Source of the DNA: Octopus vulgaris
Taxonomy: Eukaryota
Assembly (NCBI GenBank): GCA_951406725.2
Contig: OX597814.1
Location: forward strand, 138,694,001 to 138,758,000
Direction of reading: 5' to 3'
DNA length: 64,000 bases
Numbering within the stretch: the stretch's first letter is position 1; every line of letters begins with the position of its first letter. The position numbers and the translations under genes are program-made. Of this stretch, positions 15,077 to 28,838 are shown piece after piece. Below the pieces are notes generated by a model. It did not search any database. It was not told the DNA's origin and was given only the letters and a program-made list of their open reading frames with translations.

Positions 15077-15082
<6 letters not shown>
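14945..15082 (+). mobile_element. pLTR module with A6U hammerhead motif
   Basis: ctttCTGTAGA-A-GAGC-gtag-GCTC-GAAAC-GTA-aaag at ~14986-15021. Confidence 0.8.
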
Positions 15083-15160
<78 letters not shown>

Positions 15161-15163
<3 letters not shown>

Positions 15164-15565
15164 AGAATTCACAAAGAAACAAAAGACGAAGACAGGTAGT
15201 GTAGAAAGCAAACAGATGTATTAGTATAACGCTCGGGAAATGAAAAAGTCTTTAACATTTCGAGCCTACGCCGTTCCACAGAAAGGAACACAGAAAGAAA
15301 CAAGGAGAAAAACAAAGAGAGAAAAAAATGTGTGTAGTGGCTAGCGATCTATCATAGCAAAAGCCGGACAGAATGGTCACACAGGAGAGCTACGAAGGGG
15401 AGATAACAAAGTAGTAGTGATCCCAAGACGAAGGTGCACGTGTGTGTAAGAGAATACGTATGTGCGTGTGAAAGAGGACTGGGGATCTTGACGTGTGCGT
15501 ATGTTTATGTGTAGGTGTGAAAATGTGGGTATGGGAATTGGTCAGTGCTGGTGTGTGCGTGATAT
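15161..15565 (-). mobile_element. pLTR module (A6U family), tail-to-tail with the preceding copy
   Basis: Reverse-complement homology to 14945-15082 and direct homology to 3340-3750. Confidence 0.8.
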
Positions 15566-15570
15566 ATATA

Positions 15571-15945
15571 TTACTAGTTTCAGCTCGAGAACTGCGGCCA
15601 TGTTGAGGAACCACCGTTAGATTTGCTTCACTTTCACTATTTGAAACCTCCTCTGATATGTGGCGTCTGGTGAATTAGGGAGTTTGATGTCTCATCTGCG
15701 CATCTTGTCACGATGTCGATTCATCCGGAACGCTTTACAAGAAGAGATGCAGTGTGGTTTTCAAGACTACATCCACCCCATGTAGGTCTCTCTGCTTTTG
15801 TGGGAGGATATTGAAGAGTTATGGGTCCTTGAAACCCAAGATGTTGCAGTATCTGGTCTTGTATCCTGATGGGAAATTTGCTACTTTAATGCTAACCACT
15901 GGAGCCCCGAATAATGTGTAAAATTTCCTTTTGGAACGTCATCAA
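15571..15945 (-). mobile_element. CR1-group LINE 3' end
   Basis: Minus strand, frameshifted: YKTRYCNILGF.GP.LFNILPQKQRDLHGVDV.LKTTLHLFL*SVPDE...SNSLIHQ, followed by a tail shared with SINE A. Confidence 0.7.
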
Positions 15946-15983
<38 letters not shown>

Positions 15984-16183
15984 CATACATACACACATAT
16001 ATATATGTACACATACATGCATATATATATATATATATATATACATAATATATATATATTATATATACGTATGTATTTATGTATGTCTATATGCATATAT
16101 GTAATATACTTATATATATATATATATATACATACATATATATGCATATATATGAATACACACACATATATATAGTCTTCCTT

Positions 16184-16605
16184 CTTTTATTCTTTTACTT
16201 GTTTCAGTCATTTGACCGGACCATGCTGGAGCACCGCCTTTAGTCAAAGAAATCGACCCCAGGACTTATTCTTTGTAAGCTTAGTACTTATCCTCAGTTA
16301 CGGGGACGTAAACACATCAACATCGGTTGTCAAGTGATGGTGAGGGTCAAACAAAGGCACAAAAACATACACACACACATTTACACACATATACACATAC
16401 ACACACATATACATATATATGTATATATATATATACATATATGACTGGCTTCTTTCACTTTCTATCTACCAAATCTACTCGGAAAGGTTTGCTCGGCCCA
16501 AGGCTACAGTAGTAGACACTTGCCCAAGTTGCCACGCAGTGGGACTGAACCCAGAAACATGTGGTTGGTAAACAATCTACTTACCACAGAGCCACTCCTG
16601 TGCCT
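16184..16605 (-). mobile_element. Full-length SINE family A (tRNA head, internal microsatellite, LINE-like tail)
   Basis: Head aggcacaggagtggctctgtggtaag...ggttcagtcccactgcg; tail gcggtgctccagcatgg...aaatgactgaaacaagtaaaagaataaaa. Confidence 0.85.
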
Positions 16606-16724
16606 ATATATATATATATATATATATATGAAGTATGTACAAATGTTGCTCTTTGTCTAAGAAAAGTGGAAAAACACTCAAAAAAATTTAAGAGAACACG
16701 CATTATTTAAATTCAATACCTGTA

Positions 16725-16763
16725 TCGTGGCTGGAGTTTCACGCCACAGCGATCGTCAGACGA
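16725..16763 (-). ncRNA. Minimal type-I hammerhead, damaged stem III
   Basis: tcgt-CTGACGA-T-CGC-tgtg-GCG-T-GAAAC-tcca-GCC-acga; stem I tcgt/acga. Confidence 0.6.
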
Positions 16764-17165
16764 GAAAGCTATTACTCGACGAATCTTTTGTTCTTTTATT
16801 TCTATCGTTTATGGTCTGTTATTTCATCTATGATGCTTCATTGTACTGAATGCTCTCTGGTGTATATTTATTTATTTGTTTATTTCTGATGTTGCATTTG
16901 TTAAGACGTTTTGTTTTCTTTCCATTTTCCCCAGCATTTCATTATCCTTTTGGCTTCTTCTTCTTTTTTTTTTTTGAGTTTTGAACGCATATACATTTTG
17001 TCTGAAGCGCGGTCAACAAAGCGTGAACCGGTTCGTCAGAAGACACCTTTCGTCTCTTTTGTTTTTATTGGCATCAATAACATATAAAGAATATGTTAAC
17101 ATATATCTCCCACGATGAGAGCTTGTAATGACTATATTCTTATATATATATATATATATACATAT

Positions 17166-17213
<48 letters not shown>

Positions 17214-17232
17214 GAAGAGAGAGAAAGAGATC

Positions 17233-17294
<62 letters not shown>

Positions 17295-17324
17295 GACATA
17301 CAAATATAAAGATGTCGTTATCTT

Positions 17325-17812
17325 TTAGTTATTTCAGACATTATACTGCGGTCATGTTGGGGTACCATATTCAGGGGTTGTAGTCGAAAAACTTGTGCCC
17401 AGTAATTATTTTCTTTTAAGCTTGGTGCTTATTCTGCAGGTCTCTTTTATTCCAACTGCAAGGTTACGGGGACGTAAGCAAACCAATACCGGCTGTCAAA
17501 CGAAGCGGAGTACAAACTAAATCACAAAGATGCATATACACACACACTCACACACGGACTCACACATATATATATATATATCCATATACATATACACACG
17601 CATATATATATATATACATATATATGCATTCATACACACACTCACGTATATATACGACGGACTTCATTCAGTTTATGCCTACCAAATACACTCACAAGGC
17701 GTTGGTCGCCCCGCGGCTATAGCGGAAGACCCTTGTCAAAAACTGGGACTAAAACAGCGGGACTGAAAATGGAATGATGTGGATGGGAATTAAACTTCTT
17801 ACCACACGGCCA
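17325..17812 (-). mobile_element. SINE family A, diverged
   Basis: Homology to 16184-16605. Confidence 0.75.
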
Positions 17813-18113
17813 TATACATATATACATATAGACACACAAAAATATATAAATATATACGCGCTCTTGTTTACCTGTTGCGATACCTAATTCATAGATAGAT
17901 GAAATATTCAGATTGTCAATATTTTATACATGGGCTGTTCTATTATACAAATCCCAGACTGTGTCCCTTCACTTAGGTCCTATGCGAAGCACAAATGATA
18001 AGACGGTGTCATGCAATATTATACTACGGTCTACAAACTCCTTCACCATGTTAAAAAATGTTTATCTCGTTGCTAGTAATACTAGATGCCCTTATTCATT
18101 AAACGGTGCAGAT

Positions 18114-18158
<45 letters not shown>

Positions 18159-18195
18159 TGAATGGAAGAAATGGAGTTGAACGAAGATTGTACAG

Positions 18196-18303
18196 AATTC
18201 CTTTTATTACATTCTACACATGTTTCAAAGGCCACAATTTTCCAAATTCTGATTAAATAAGGATACCATATTGCAGCTTTCTCTTCAGGAAAAAGCAGGA
18301 ATT
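18196..18303 (-). ncRNA. Type-I hammerhead ribozyme, canonical core
   Basis: aattcct..ttc-CTGAAGA-gaaagctgcaat...attgtggccttt-GAAAC-atgt-GTA-gaa..aggaatt; same family as 45505-45603. Confidence 0.8.
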
Positions 18304-18373
18304 ACGTTGACAGGTATCGGTTAAACTTTTGAATAATCTGTAACAAGAAAATTCATCTTTCCATTTCAACAAG

Positions 18374-18451
<78 letters not shown>

Positions 18452-18494
18452 TATATATATGCGTGGGTGTGTGTATGCATGCATGTATACATAG

Positions 18495-18742
18495 ATATTT
18501 TTTTCTGGGGAAGGCCGGTTTATGGGGTTACCCTGGCTATCACCCTCAATAACTAGATTAACTTCATGGTGTATCTTCAGAGCCCAAAATATGTTGGCTT
18601 ATGATCTCTTTAAAATCCATATATTTTAGAAAGGTCATAGGCCAACAGGTCTTAGAGTCTGAAGATACGCCATAAAATTAATTCCTTTAAGCACGCAAAA
18701 CCTATGGTAACCTCACAAACCGGCCTTCACCAGAAAAGATAT
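18495..18742. mobile_element. Foldback/MITE-like palindromic element
   Basis: Three nested inverted blocks (ttctggggaaggccggtt/aaccggccttcaccagaa; atggtgtatcttcaga/tctgaagatacgccat; tgttggcttatga/tcataggccaaca). Confidence 0.8.
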
Positions 18743-18921
18743 AGACTACTCTACTTCTTAGAGCGTGCTTCTTCTCCGGGTTTATGTTTTTCTAAAAACG
18801 ATATATGCGTACATACATGTATGTATGTATGTATGTATGTATGTATGTATGTATGTATGTATGTATGTATGTATGTATGTATACATACATTTACTATTTA
18901 TCTCTCTCTCACTCTCTCTCT

Positions 18922-18983
<62 letters not shown>

Positions 18984-19024
18984 CATGTGTGGGGGGACGG
19001 ATGTATTACATTTCAAATTGTAAC

Positions 19025-19358
<334 letters not shown>

Positions 19359-19619
19359 GAATATGAAACAAAGTGCTTGGTACGGTATTATATATTTGAA
19401 AATAATGAGTACAGATGGCTTAATTGGATAAACATTATTGAAATAAAAATTATCCTGAACAGCCATCTCTACCTATTTTGGTAGTGTGCGTGTGTGTATA
19501 ATTACACACACACACGCATATATATATATATACATATATATACGCACACACACATACACACACGCAAGCATACACACACATACACACACATATATATACA
19601 TATACTTATGTACGTATGT

Positions 19620-19945
19620 AACCCAAAGACTGTGACCATACTGGGGCACGGTCAGTATTATCATCTTTTCAATTATCATTCGTATGTGATTGGCTTTCTA
19701 TGGAGGAGTTCAATATTGCCGTTCCCTTTTGGGCTTTTTGCATTGAGATGTAGGATCGTCTGGGACCTTGGACAGCAGGAGGTGAAGTTGTTTCTTGAAA
19801 GTAGCAACCAGCTCACCATGCAGAGCTCTCCTATGTTTTGGGAAGGTAATGAAATAGCCGTGGACCCTTGAATCACAAGCTATTGCAGTACATGGTCCTC
19901 ATAATAGTTGGGATGACTTGGACCATGCAGACATTCGCATGTTTG
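19620..19945 (-). mobile_element. CR1-group LINE 3' end (second copy)
   Basis: MRTMYCNSL*FKGPRLFHYLP...TFKKQLHLLLSKVPDDP; tail ccgtgccccagtatggtcacagtc. Confidence 0.7.
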
Positions 19946-20484
19946 TATTAGCACATGTAAACTCTACGTTTCTACTTTAATTCTGTGAAAGCTCTTCAGA
20001 TATTCTTGGATTCTTCTAAAGAAACGAAGCACGATTATTGAAATAATTTAGCTAAGAGCAGCTGTTAAGAGTTACATCTTGAAATTTGGTTAAGTGTTTC
20101 ACATAATAAATTTTCGGAGCAAATGCTACTTTGTTACGTTTGCTTTCACCTGAATCGTTTCTATCACATAAATGCTCAGTTTAGCATGAGACGTAAACTC
20201 TGGAACGTATGGTTGTGTTATAAATATTTATGTACGTATATGATTGTATATATATATATATATATGCACACACACACACATATATATATATGTGCGTGTG
20301 TGTATATATACACACATATTCGAAAAAGTGTGTATATATACACATATATTCGAAAAAGTGCATTTCATTACAATTTGATATATGACACGTAATTTCAGGA
20401 TTATAAAAATATACAAATTTCTCGTCTTTACTGAATATTAAAATCATATACATACGCACATACATACATACATACATACATACA

Positions 20485-20546
<62 letters not shown>

Positions 20547-20759
20547 GAACGGACATATGCACATCCATATATACTTGCATAAACACACGGTCATATGCAT
20601 ACATATGTGTGTGTGTTTGAGTGTGTGTACATGTGTCAGTGTGTGTGTGTGTGTACCTATGTACGCAATATATATGGATGTGTACATGTGCGTTCATAAT
20701 ATATATTTGTGCATGCACGTTTGCTTTTCTGTATCTTTATATATATATATGCGTATATA

Positions 20760-20810
<51 letters not shown>

Positions 20811-20924
20811 TGTTATCAAAAAAGGGGGATCGAATTAATTAATTGTTAATAAATTCGACCAAGCAGTATTCGGTATGTAAAGACCATTTACGGTATATTT
20901 GAAGTATTAATTTATAAAAATATG

Positions 20925-21129
20925 GTAAGAGTAAATAATTTCTATAAAGGCTTTTAAAAAAACCCCAATTATCAGCAACCTGTTTGCCTGTCCCTTTTTC
21001 TTATATACAATATATATACTGAACTTTACAGAAGTTCCTGCCGGTAATCGGCTATATTTACATACCGAATTCTACCAGTAAATAATTGGGGTTTTTTTAA
21101 AAGCCTTTATAGAAATTATTTACTCTTAT
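20925..21129. repeat. Perfect ~47-bp inverted repeat within a rearranged repeat module
   Basis: taagagtaaataatttctataaaggcttttaaaaaaaccccaattat and its exact reverse complement; the spacer sequence recurs at 21618-21655. Confidence 0.9.
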
Positions 21130-21365
21130 TATTATATTACTATTTGGATTTTTCACTCCATTATGACAACCCAATAGTTCCCAATCTTACGGAACTATTT
21201 TTGTAGTGCGCATGGCAAAATTTTGGAGGGAGGATTTACGAATTCAAACGTCTATGTAGGTTTAGCTTTTGCTCACTTTCTTCAAATATTTTGATGTCGC
21301 ATGGTCAGAAGGTTTGAGGTACGTAGCATTTGATAAATCTATGATAAATCTTTTTCAAAGGAAAG

Positions 21366-21478
21366 CTGTGCTGAAGAAGGATGTGAAATATATATGCAAT
21401 GTATACGAAATATATATCAAAAATATATATGAAATATATATTCAATATGTTTATAATCCAGAAACATGATGTTCACAG
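21366..21478 (+). ncRNA. Type-I hammerhead ribozyme, canonical core, AT-rich long stem II
   Basis: ctgtg-CTGAAGA-A-GGAT...ATCC-A-GAAAC-atgat-GTT-cacag. Confidence 0.8.
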
Positions 21479-21650
21479 ATAACCGCCAGACTTCGTTTTC
21501 GTTATCTATTCCTTCTGTTTTGCATATGTGAATTACAGGGTTTGTCGTGCCCGGAGTCCAACTTTGATAGAAATAAGCATTCTTGACTGCTATTTCTATT
21601 TTTTCGGTATGCGGTCAAGCAACCTGTTTGCCTGTCCCTTTTTCTTATAT

Positions 21651-21738
<88 letters not shown>

Positions 21739-21749
21739 TATATATATAC

Positions 21750-21800
<51 letters not shown>

Positions 21801-22156
21801 TAAATATCAATTCACACATTTCTCACTGGTTCTTGCACGCGCACCTAACCTCGCAACACCCACTATATAAATACATACATGCACATACATGAATACATAC
21901 ATACATAAATACATATATATGTGTGTGTTCGTGTATTTATGTATGTATGTGTGTGTATTTATATAAGAGTCTATGCCTCTACATAAAGTCAGATATGGGT
22001 GGACTGATAGGTGGAATTATAGATACGTCTGTAGAACGTCAACCTTCTATAGGTTAATCTCAGAGGTAATTTGAGAATCGATGGGGTCCAAGTCCCTCTG
22101 CATGCGTAGGTTCTTTTGATACATATGCGTAGACAGACACACACTGACGGACAAAC

Positions 22157-22197
<41 letters not shown>

Positions 22198-22544
22198 CAT
22201 ACATACATACATACATACATACATACATACATACATACATACATAAACACAAAAAAATACAAACACTGGAATACATATTTAATAGCATGTTTTCAACCGA
22301 GGATCACCAGCTAATCAAACATGTTGGTTAGAGGACATATTAACAGAGACGATTTAAACATGATGGAATTATCCTCTGTAAAATGTAGTACATATTTCTT
22401 ACTATCCATGAATTTGTTGAATGCACTGAAGAACGAAATGTAAGGCTCAAGTGAGACGAGGCTGCAAGAGCGGTTACAATTATTTGTTGATGTACGTTAG
22501 TTTCACATACCATTCTAGAAAATGCATGTCGTAATGGGTAAAAA

Positions 22545-22740
22545 GAAACCTTCCAGTCCTGATTAACCATGGGGTTTGCACCTAGAAAGTCGCCCACGCA
22601 TACCAGCCTCCATGGGAAGAGCAAAGGCCGGTATAGCTTGGTACCGGTGACGTCGTAGCTTATTTCTAGAACACACCATAAAGCTCGTTCCGGAAATCGA
22701 ACTCACTACCGCTGTAACCACTTAGCTATGATCCTTCACG
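22545..22740 (-). mobile_element. SINE-like family D (fragments also at 14655-14735 and 46878-46940)
   Basis: Shared acc(a/g)tggg..ttgcacctagaaagt; tRNA-like head remnant near 22690-22735. Confidence 0.55.
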
Positions 22741-22839
22741 TTCGTAATAACATGTATGTGCATACATATGTAAATATTCTTATCTGCATATAAGTACGGC
22801 GCCCCTAACAGGCAATTCGCGTTTGCCAGTGATATATGT

Positions 22840-23070
22840 GTGCTTTTATGCACCAAGAGTCTATATGAGGTCCTCTCAAGGCAAAAACGCAGTATCCGAT
22901 GCTCAAAGAAAACATCTACGTTAAGATGAATTTAAAGATTGCCTTTTGATATAAATAAATATGCTTTTATGCGCCATGCGTCCATATGAGAGGTTTTCCT
23001 AAGAGAAACAACGCATATTCAAAGCTCTATCTTTAAGTTGCATATAAAATTGCATTTTGGTATAAATAAT
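22840..23070 (+). repeat. Tandem dimer of a ~120-bp unit
   Basis: tgcttttatgc.cca...tatgag...tttt g.tataaataa occurs twice; the same unit forms the palindrome at 25815-26005. Confidence 0.7.
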
Positions 23071-23102
23071 TCGTCTGACCCTAATAAATTTGTGTGCTCG
23101 TG

Positions 23103-23155
<53 letters not shown>

Positions 23156-23445
23156 GTTTGGAGATGATGTACAGGTATTATATATTAGAAGAAATGAGGT
23201 ACACAGAAATCTGAGTATTTATTAATATGCCACATGTTTTTATAAATCATATATTAGCGCCTGCATCCACTATTCTTTTATTCTTTTATTTGTTTCAGGC
23301 ATTTGGGTGCGGCCATGCTTGAGCACCACTTTTAGTCGAACAAATCAACCCCAGGACTTATTCTTTGTAAGCCAAGTTCTTATTCTATCGGTGTACATAT
23401 ATATATAATATATGTAACATGTATGTTTGTATGTATACAGAGAGG

Positions 23446-23494
<49 letters not shown>

Positions 23495-23519
23495 AAAGAG
23501 CGAGTTGGTAAAAGCGCTA

Positions 23520-23780
23520 CATTGGACAAATAATTGGCACAACTGCTAAAGTGGTACAGGTGCTTGATAGAACTGGTAGAGATGTGCAAGTAGTAGTTGG
23601 TATAACTGGTAGATTGGTGCAAATAACTTCTAAGCTTAAAGCAGTAGTTTAAATAGTTTATAGAATTGGTAGACTATCATAGGTACTTGATAGGTCTTTT
23701 AGATTGTTGAAATGTGCAGGTAAATGACAGAATTGGTAGAGTGGTAAATGTAGACGTCAGAATTGGTAGAATGGTGGATA
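23520..23780. repeat. Degenerate ~30-bp minisatellite
   Basis: Recurrent gaa(c/t)tggtaga...caggta motif. Confidence 0.65.
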
Positions 23781-25548
23781 AAAAGGATAAAAAACCATTT
23801 CTATAATCACCATCTTTCTAGATGAAGTATTTATATACTGAGTCTGGTCTTATGTCTGAGCTAGTAATCATTATTAAATTCATTAAACTGTCACGCATAT
23901 AAACAGGTTCACACAACAACACACATGCACGTACATACACGTACACATACCGCTCAACATTTAAGCACAAATTTACACACACACACACACACACATACAC
24001 ACAGACACACGAATGGGCATAATTACCTATCTTAGTTAAACATTCACAGAGACAATTGATGCATTCCGTCTTCATGTCTTAATGTTGAGAAGCATACGAT
24101 AGCCACAACCATCTTCGCGCTTGATCCTACCCCAAGGACAATAAATCTTTTCACATTAAGTGGTCCTACCATGACTATAAAAAAAATGAGCTTGGAAAGA
24201 GATTAACACAACGCATGTCATTGCGAAAAACGAAGTACTTGAGATTAAAAAGATATAAACTTTGATAAGACGACAGTCCTAAAAAAGAAAAAAATCAACC
24301 GTTGTGCACGCATCCTGTACTGTCAATCATTTCATGAGTACTAGAACTTCCATATATTATGGATAGTTTAACAGAAAAGATTTTCATTTCTGCTAAAACA
24401 CAACCTTTTAGCGTCAGGGCTGCAGTTTCGGTAAACGCAATCGATAGTCAATATACTTTGAATAAAGCGCCAAACACGCAACTACGGTGACCTCGATGTA
24501 ACCACCTATCCTGGGATGAATTGTCACCAAATTTTCTTTAATTTGTGCCCCACCGTTTTTAGAGATATAAAACTATACAGGATAAATCAATACGGAATAG
24601 AATTTGACATAAAGGCAGTGAAGTTGGTCATAGGTAGACAGCCGTTAGCATGACTGTCATTTGGAAATAGTTTTCATATTTGCAGGAGCCGTCAGACCAG
24701 GACAAACCGACGATAGTTCTGAGATTTAAAACGGGCTTAAAACTTTTATAAACGTTTTGAAATATTCTCAAAAGTTTCGAAGTATTCTCAAAAGTTTTGA
24801 AATATTTAAACAAACACCACTAAAAGAAACATTTATAAATATGAAAAATATACAACTTTAGAGAAACGTAAAACTCAGTGAAAAACAAGTAAAAAACAGG
24901 AAGTATCAATATTTGCTCCTGTCGTAGTGACATTAGCCTACACCGAATACACATAAAGTTAAATGTTCCACAACTTTAAAGATTGTTCATATAACGCAAA
25001 ATACGTAAATATTTTGCAATATACTGCTGATGACATTAAAATAACTTTATGGAACTAAATGATTTTGTAATTCAGTAACTCACTATAGTCATGCCGTAAT
25101 AACTTTAGAAAATATACCTACTATCAGAACACAGAACTCCCTGAATTCCAAATTGCACTCAGACAAGATGAAATGGACCCCATCGCCACGTTGGTGGTCT
25201 TATAACGTGCATATAAACCTTACATTCAGCATATAGATATCGGAACTTGCATTTGAACTGTAATTGCTACGATTGATATACATGCTAACAATACTAAGCA
25301 CAATAATATAAGCGCATCAAATCAAATATATATACATACATATACACGTGCATACATAGATTTCGAGCTCTGTTATTCTGACGAACCTACGAAATTTTAA
25401 TTTGCATGGGGGTAAATTCAAACTGTTATTAAAACAGTAACTCCTATTAAATATGTTGAATGCCTCTTTTGTTCGTTTGTCTACTTAATCGGGTGTGGGT
25501 ATGTATGTATGTATGTATGCATATATGTATGTATATATATATATTATC

Positions 25549-25692
25549 ATTCTTCTTCTTCTTCTTCTTCTTCTTCTTCTTCTTCTTCTTCTTCTTTTTC
25601 TTCTTCTTCTTCTTCTTCTTCTTCTTCTTCTTCTTCTTCTTCTTCTTCTTCTTCTTCTTCTCCATCTTCTTCTTCTTCTTCTTCTTCTTCGA

Positions 25693-25747
<55 letters not shown>

Positions 25748-25792
25748 TTATTATTATTATTATTATCGTTATTATTTTTATTATTATTATTA
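25549..25792. repeat. (CTT)n/(ATT)n microsatellite
   Basis: Directly visible; source of the poly-K/F/L/S ORFs. Confidence 0.98.
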
Positions 25793-25814
25793 GCAACAGA
25801 ATCAATATTAGTAC

Positions 25815-26005
25815 CAAAAGATAAACTTTATATCCAACTAAAGATGGATGCCTTGTTAGAACACTGAATTCTGCGTTATTAAACTTGAAGGACCGTCTCA
25901 TATGCACCAAGTGCCTATATGAGAGGTTCTCTGAAGGCTAATAACGCCATATTCGGTGTTCTGATAAGGCATCCATCTTTAGTTGGACATAAAGATTACC
26001 TTTTA
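25815..26005. repeat. ~190-bp imperfect palindrome
   Basis: tccaactaaagatggatgccttgttagaacactgaat / attcggtgttctgataaggcatccatctttagttgga. Confidence 0.85.
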
Positions 26006-26585
26006 ACATGTATGTGTGTGTGAGTGTGTGTGTATGCATGCATGTATATATGTATTCACGACAATTGATTTCACCAACCGTTGCCCCAGGTTACAACCCT
26101 CATCTACAAACTTTTAAAACTTTCACAAACATCATCTTTGTGGCAGATTTCAATACCATTCTAATTTCCTAGTTGCAAAACTTACAGAGACACAAGAAGT
26201 AACGTAATAACGCCCATACTTAACTTCATTTACAGCCAAAATAATCCACACCAGGTCACACTCATATCAGGAAGAAAGCTGTAAATGTCTTGCACAGGTA
26301 GCATCTTCTAACTCCAAACCCGAGCAATCTCACCACATGGCAAACAAAACCTCCAACGTTCTTTGGACCAGTTGCCAATTATCATAACCAAACAACCATG
26401 ATGAAAAATAATACTTTTTTACTGGATTTAGTCACTGGATCATGTTCCTGGCTATGCTGGAGCACAGCCTTGAAAGCCTTAGTCACTCAAAGTAAATAGC
26501 TTGCTTACCAACCACATGGTTCCCGGTTCGGTCCCACAAAGCCTTGTGAGTAAATTTGGCAGACGGAAACTGAAAGAAGCCCGTC

Positions 26586-26634
<49 letters not shown>

Positions 26635-26971
26635 GTGTTTCTTCTACACTGACCTAAATCTTCTGTCACCACATAAATAGATTGACCCTTTGTTCTAGTG
26701 ACAATCTGTTCGTCTTTTACATCTCCTGAAAATTTCCCCTTCTTTTCTTCAACTAACTTGATTTCTTAACCTGCCCTTACCCCCATTCTTATAACTAAGG
26801 AAATTTTTTTACAACAGTTAGTTGTGAACTTAGTTTTGGTCTGGTTGGCATCCTAACTACACTACCTCATGTTCCTGAGATTCTTATCTACATCTTTATC
26901 TGTATATTTACCTTCCCTAAGATGTTACTAATTGATCTGAGAACTTTATATTATTGGAAAACCTATATAAA

Positions 26972-27060
26972 ATTAGCTGAAGATTACTCGACATATTAAA
27001 TCTGCTGTAATATTTACAGCTTTTAAAAAAATGTTGTAGTATGAAACAATTGTACTAAAT
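26972..27060 (+). ncRNA. Type-I hammerhead ribozyme in a pLTR-like module, TATA-like motif immediately upstream
   Basis: tag-CTGAAGA-T-TAC-tcgacat..gctgtaa/ttacagc..atgttg-ta-GTA-T-GAAAC-aatt-GTA-cta; ctatataaaa at 26963-26972. Confidence 0.8.
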
Positions 27061-27239
27061 TACCGGATTCATTCTTGTTGCTCATTTTTGATTATAATCA
27101 CCCCGCATATTTTTATGGGTAATACCATAAAAGATTCTGGTGCATCTAAACTAAGTACCATATTCATTTGAATCTAAATTGTTTGCTGAACTTATATATA
27201 GTACTATATATTTATATATATATAGTCGTATATATGTCG

Positions 27240-27440
27240 TGTTTGTACCCCCCCCCCATCACTTGACAACCGATGTTGGTGTGTCTACATCCCCGTAACT
27301 TAGCAGTTCGGTAAAAGAGACCGATAAAATAAGTACTAGGCTTTCAAAGAATAAGACATGGGGTGGATTTGTTCGACTAAAAGCGGTGCTCCAGCATGGC
27401 CGCAGTCAAATGACTGAAAGAAAGAAAAGAATAAAACAAT
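27240..27440 (+). mobile_element. SINE family A 3' half
   Basis: cttgacaaccgatgttggtgtg...gcggtgctccagcatggccgcagtcaaatgactgaaa. Confidence 0.8.
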
Positions 27441-28537
27441 AAAAGAATATATATATATATGTATATATTTAAGTCTGCTACTTATTCTATTTTTTTGCCT
27501 CTTTCGTCGAACTGCTAAGCTGGAGGACGTAAAACAGAAGTCAACTCCTATTGTAAAATGATGCGAGTACAAACACAGACACACAGGCCCACACACACAC
27601 ACATACACACACGCTCGTGCACATACACGTACTTGCATATGTGTACTGATAAATATATATATATATATATATATATATTTAAATATAGATATATATGTGT
27701 GTATAAATGTATATATATATACATATATATATATATACATACATACATAATGCATACATACATATATATACATATATATATGTATAGAACGGGCTTCTGC
27801 ACAGTTTCCGTCGAGCAAATTCACTCGCAAGGCATTGGCCAGTCCGGTTGTATGCCAGAAGACACTTGTCCAATATGCCAAACACCGCCAAGAAGTTTAG
27901 AAAAACATGGCAACGTAAAAAAAAAAGGAGATGGCACCCAAAATAGCCAAATTTATAAAAGCCCGAAACTGCTTCAAACGTCAGAACCAAACATAACTGA
28001 AATGAAACTCAACATCAGTCACCTAAACAAGAAAATAACAATAAATAAATAATAAACAACAACCTATAAACAGAAAACTGACAAACATTTGTATTCACCA
28101 CAAATCTCAAAACTATCAGTAAAACACTAGTTATTCTCTTTTATTTTTTACTTGTTAGAGTCATGGGACAGCAACCAGCTGGGGCACTGCTTTAAAAGGC
28201 TTTTAGTCGAACAGATTGTATCCACTGTGTTTATTTTAAGTTTTGTATTTATTGATTCGTTCTATTATGCCGAACCACTAAGTTACAGGAGCATAAACAA
28301 AACAATGTCGAGTAGTGGGACGGATATAAACAGACACAAAAACACACACTTATACGATGGTCTTCCACACATACACATATATACATATCCATCCGTTCAC
28401 ACAAACACACATACACACATACACATATATATATATACATACATACACACACACATACATACATGCATACATACATACATACATACATACATACATACAT
28501 ACATACATACATACATACATACATACATACATACATA

Positions 28538-28761
28538 CGGTGAGCTGGCAGAAACGTTAGCACGCCGGACGAAATGCGTAGCCTTATTTCGTCTGCCGTT
28601 ACGTTCTGAGTTCAAATTCCGCCGAGGGCGACTTTGCCTTTCATCATTTTGGGGTCGATAAATAAAGTACCAGTTACGCACTGGGGTCGATGTAATCGAC
28701 TTAATCCCTTTGTCTGTCCTTGTTTGTCCCCTCTATGTTTAGCCCCTTGTGGGCAGTAAAG

Positions 28762-28766
<5 letters not shown>
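28538..28766 (+). mobile_element. Young SINE family B nested in the microsatellite of a minus-strand SINE A (28135-29010)
   Basis: Complete B body ending ccccttgtgggcagtaaagaaata; the A tail (28135-28365) and A head (28838-29010) flank it. Confidence 0.88.
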
Positions 28767-28838
<72 letters not shown>
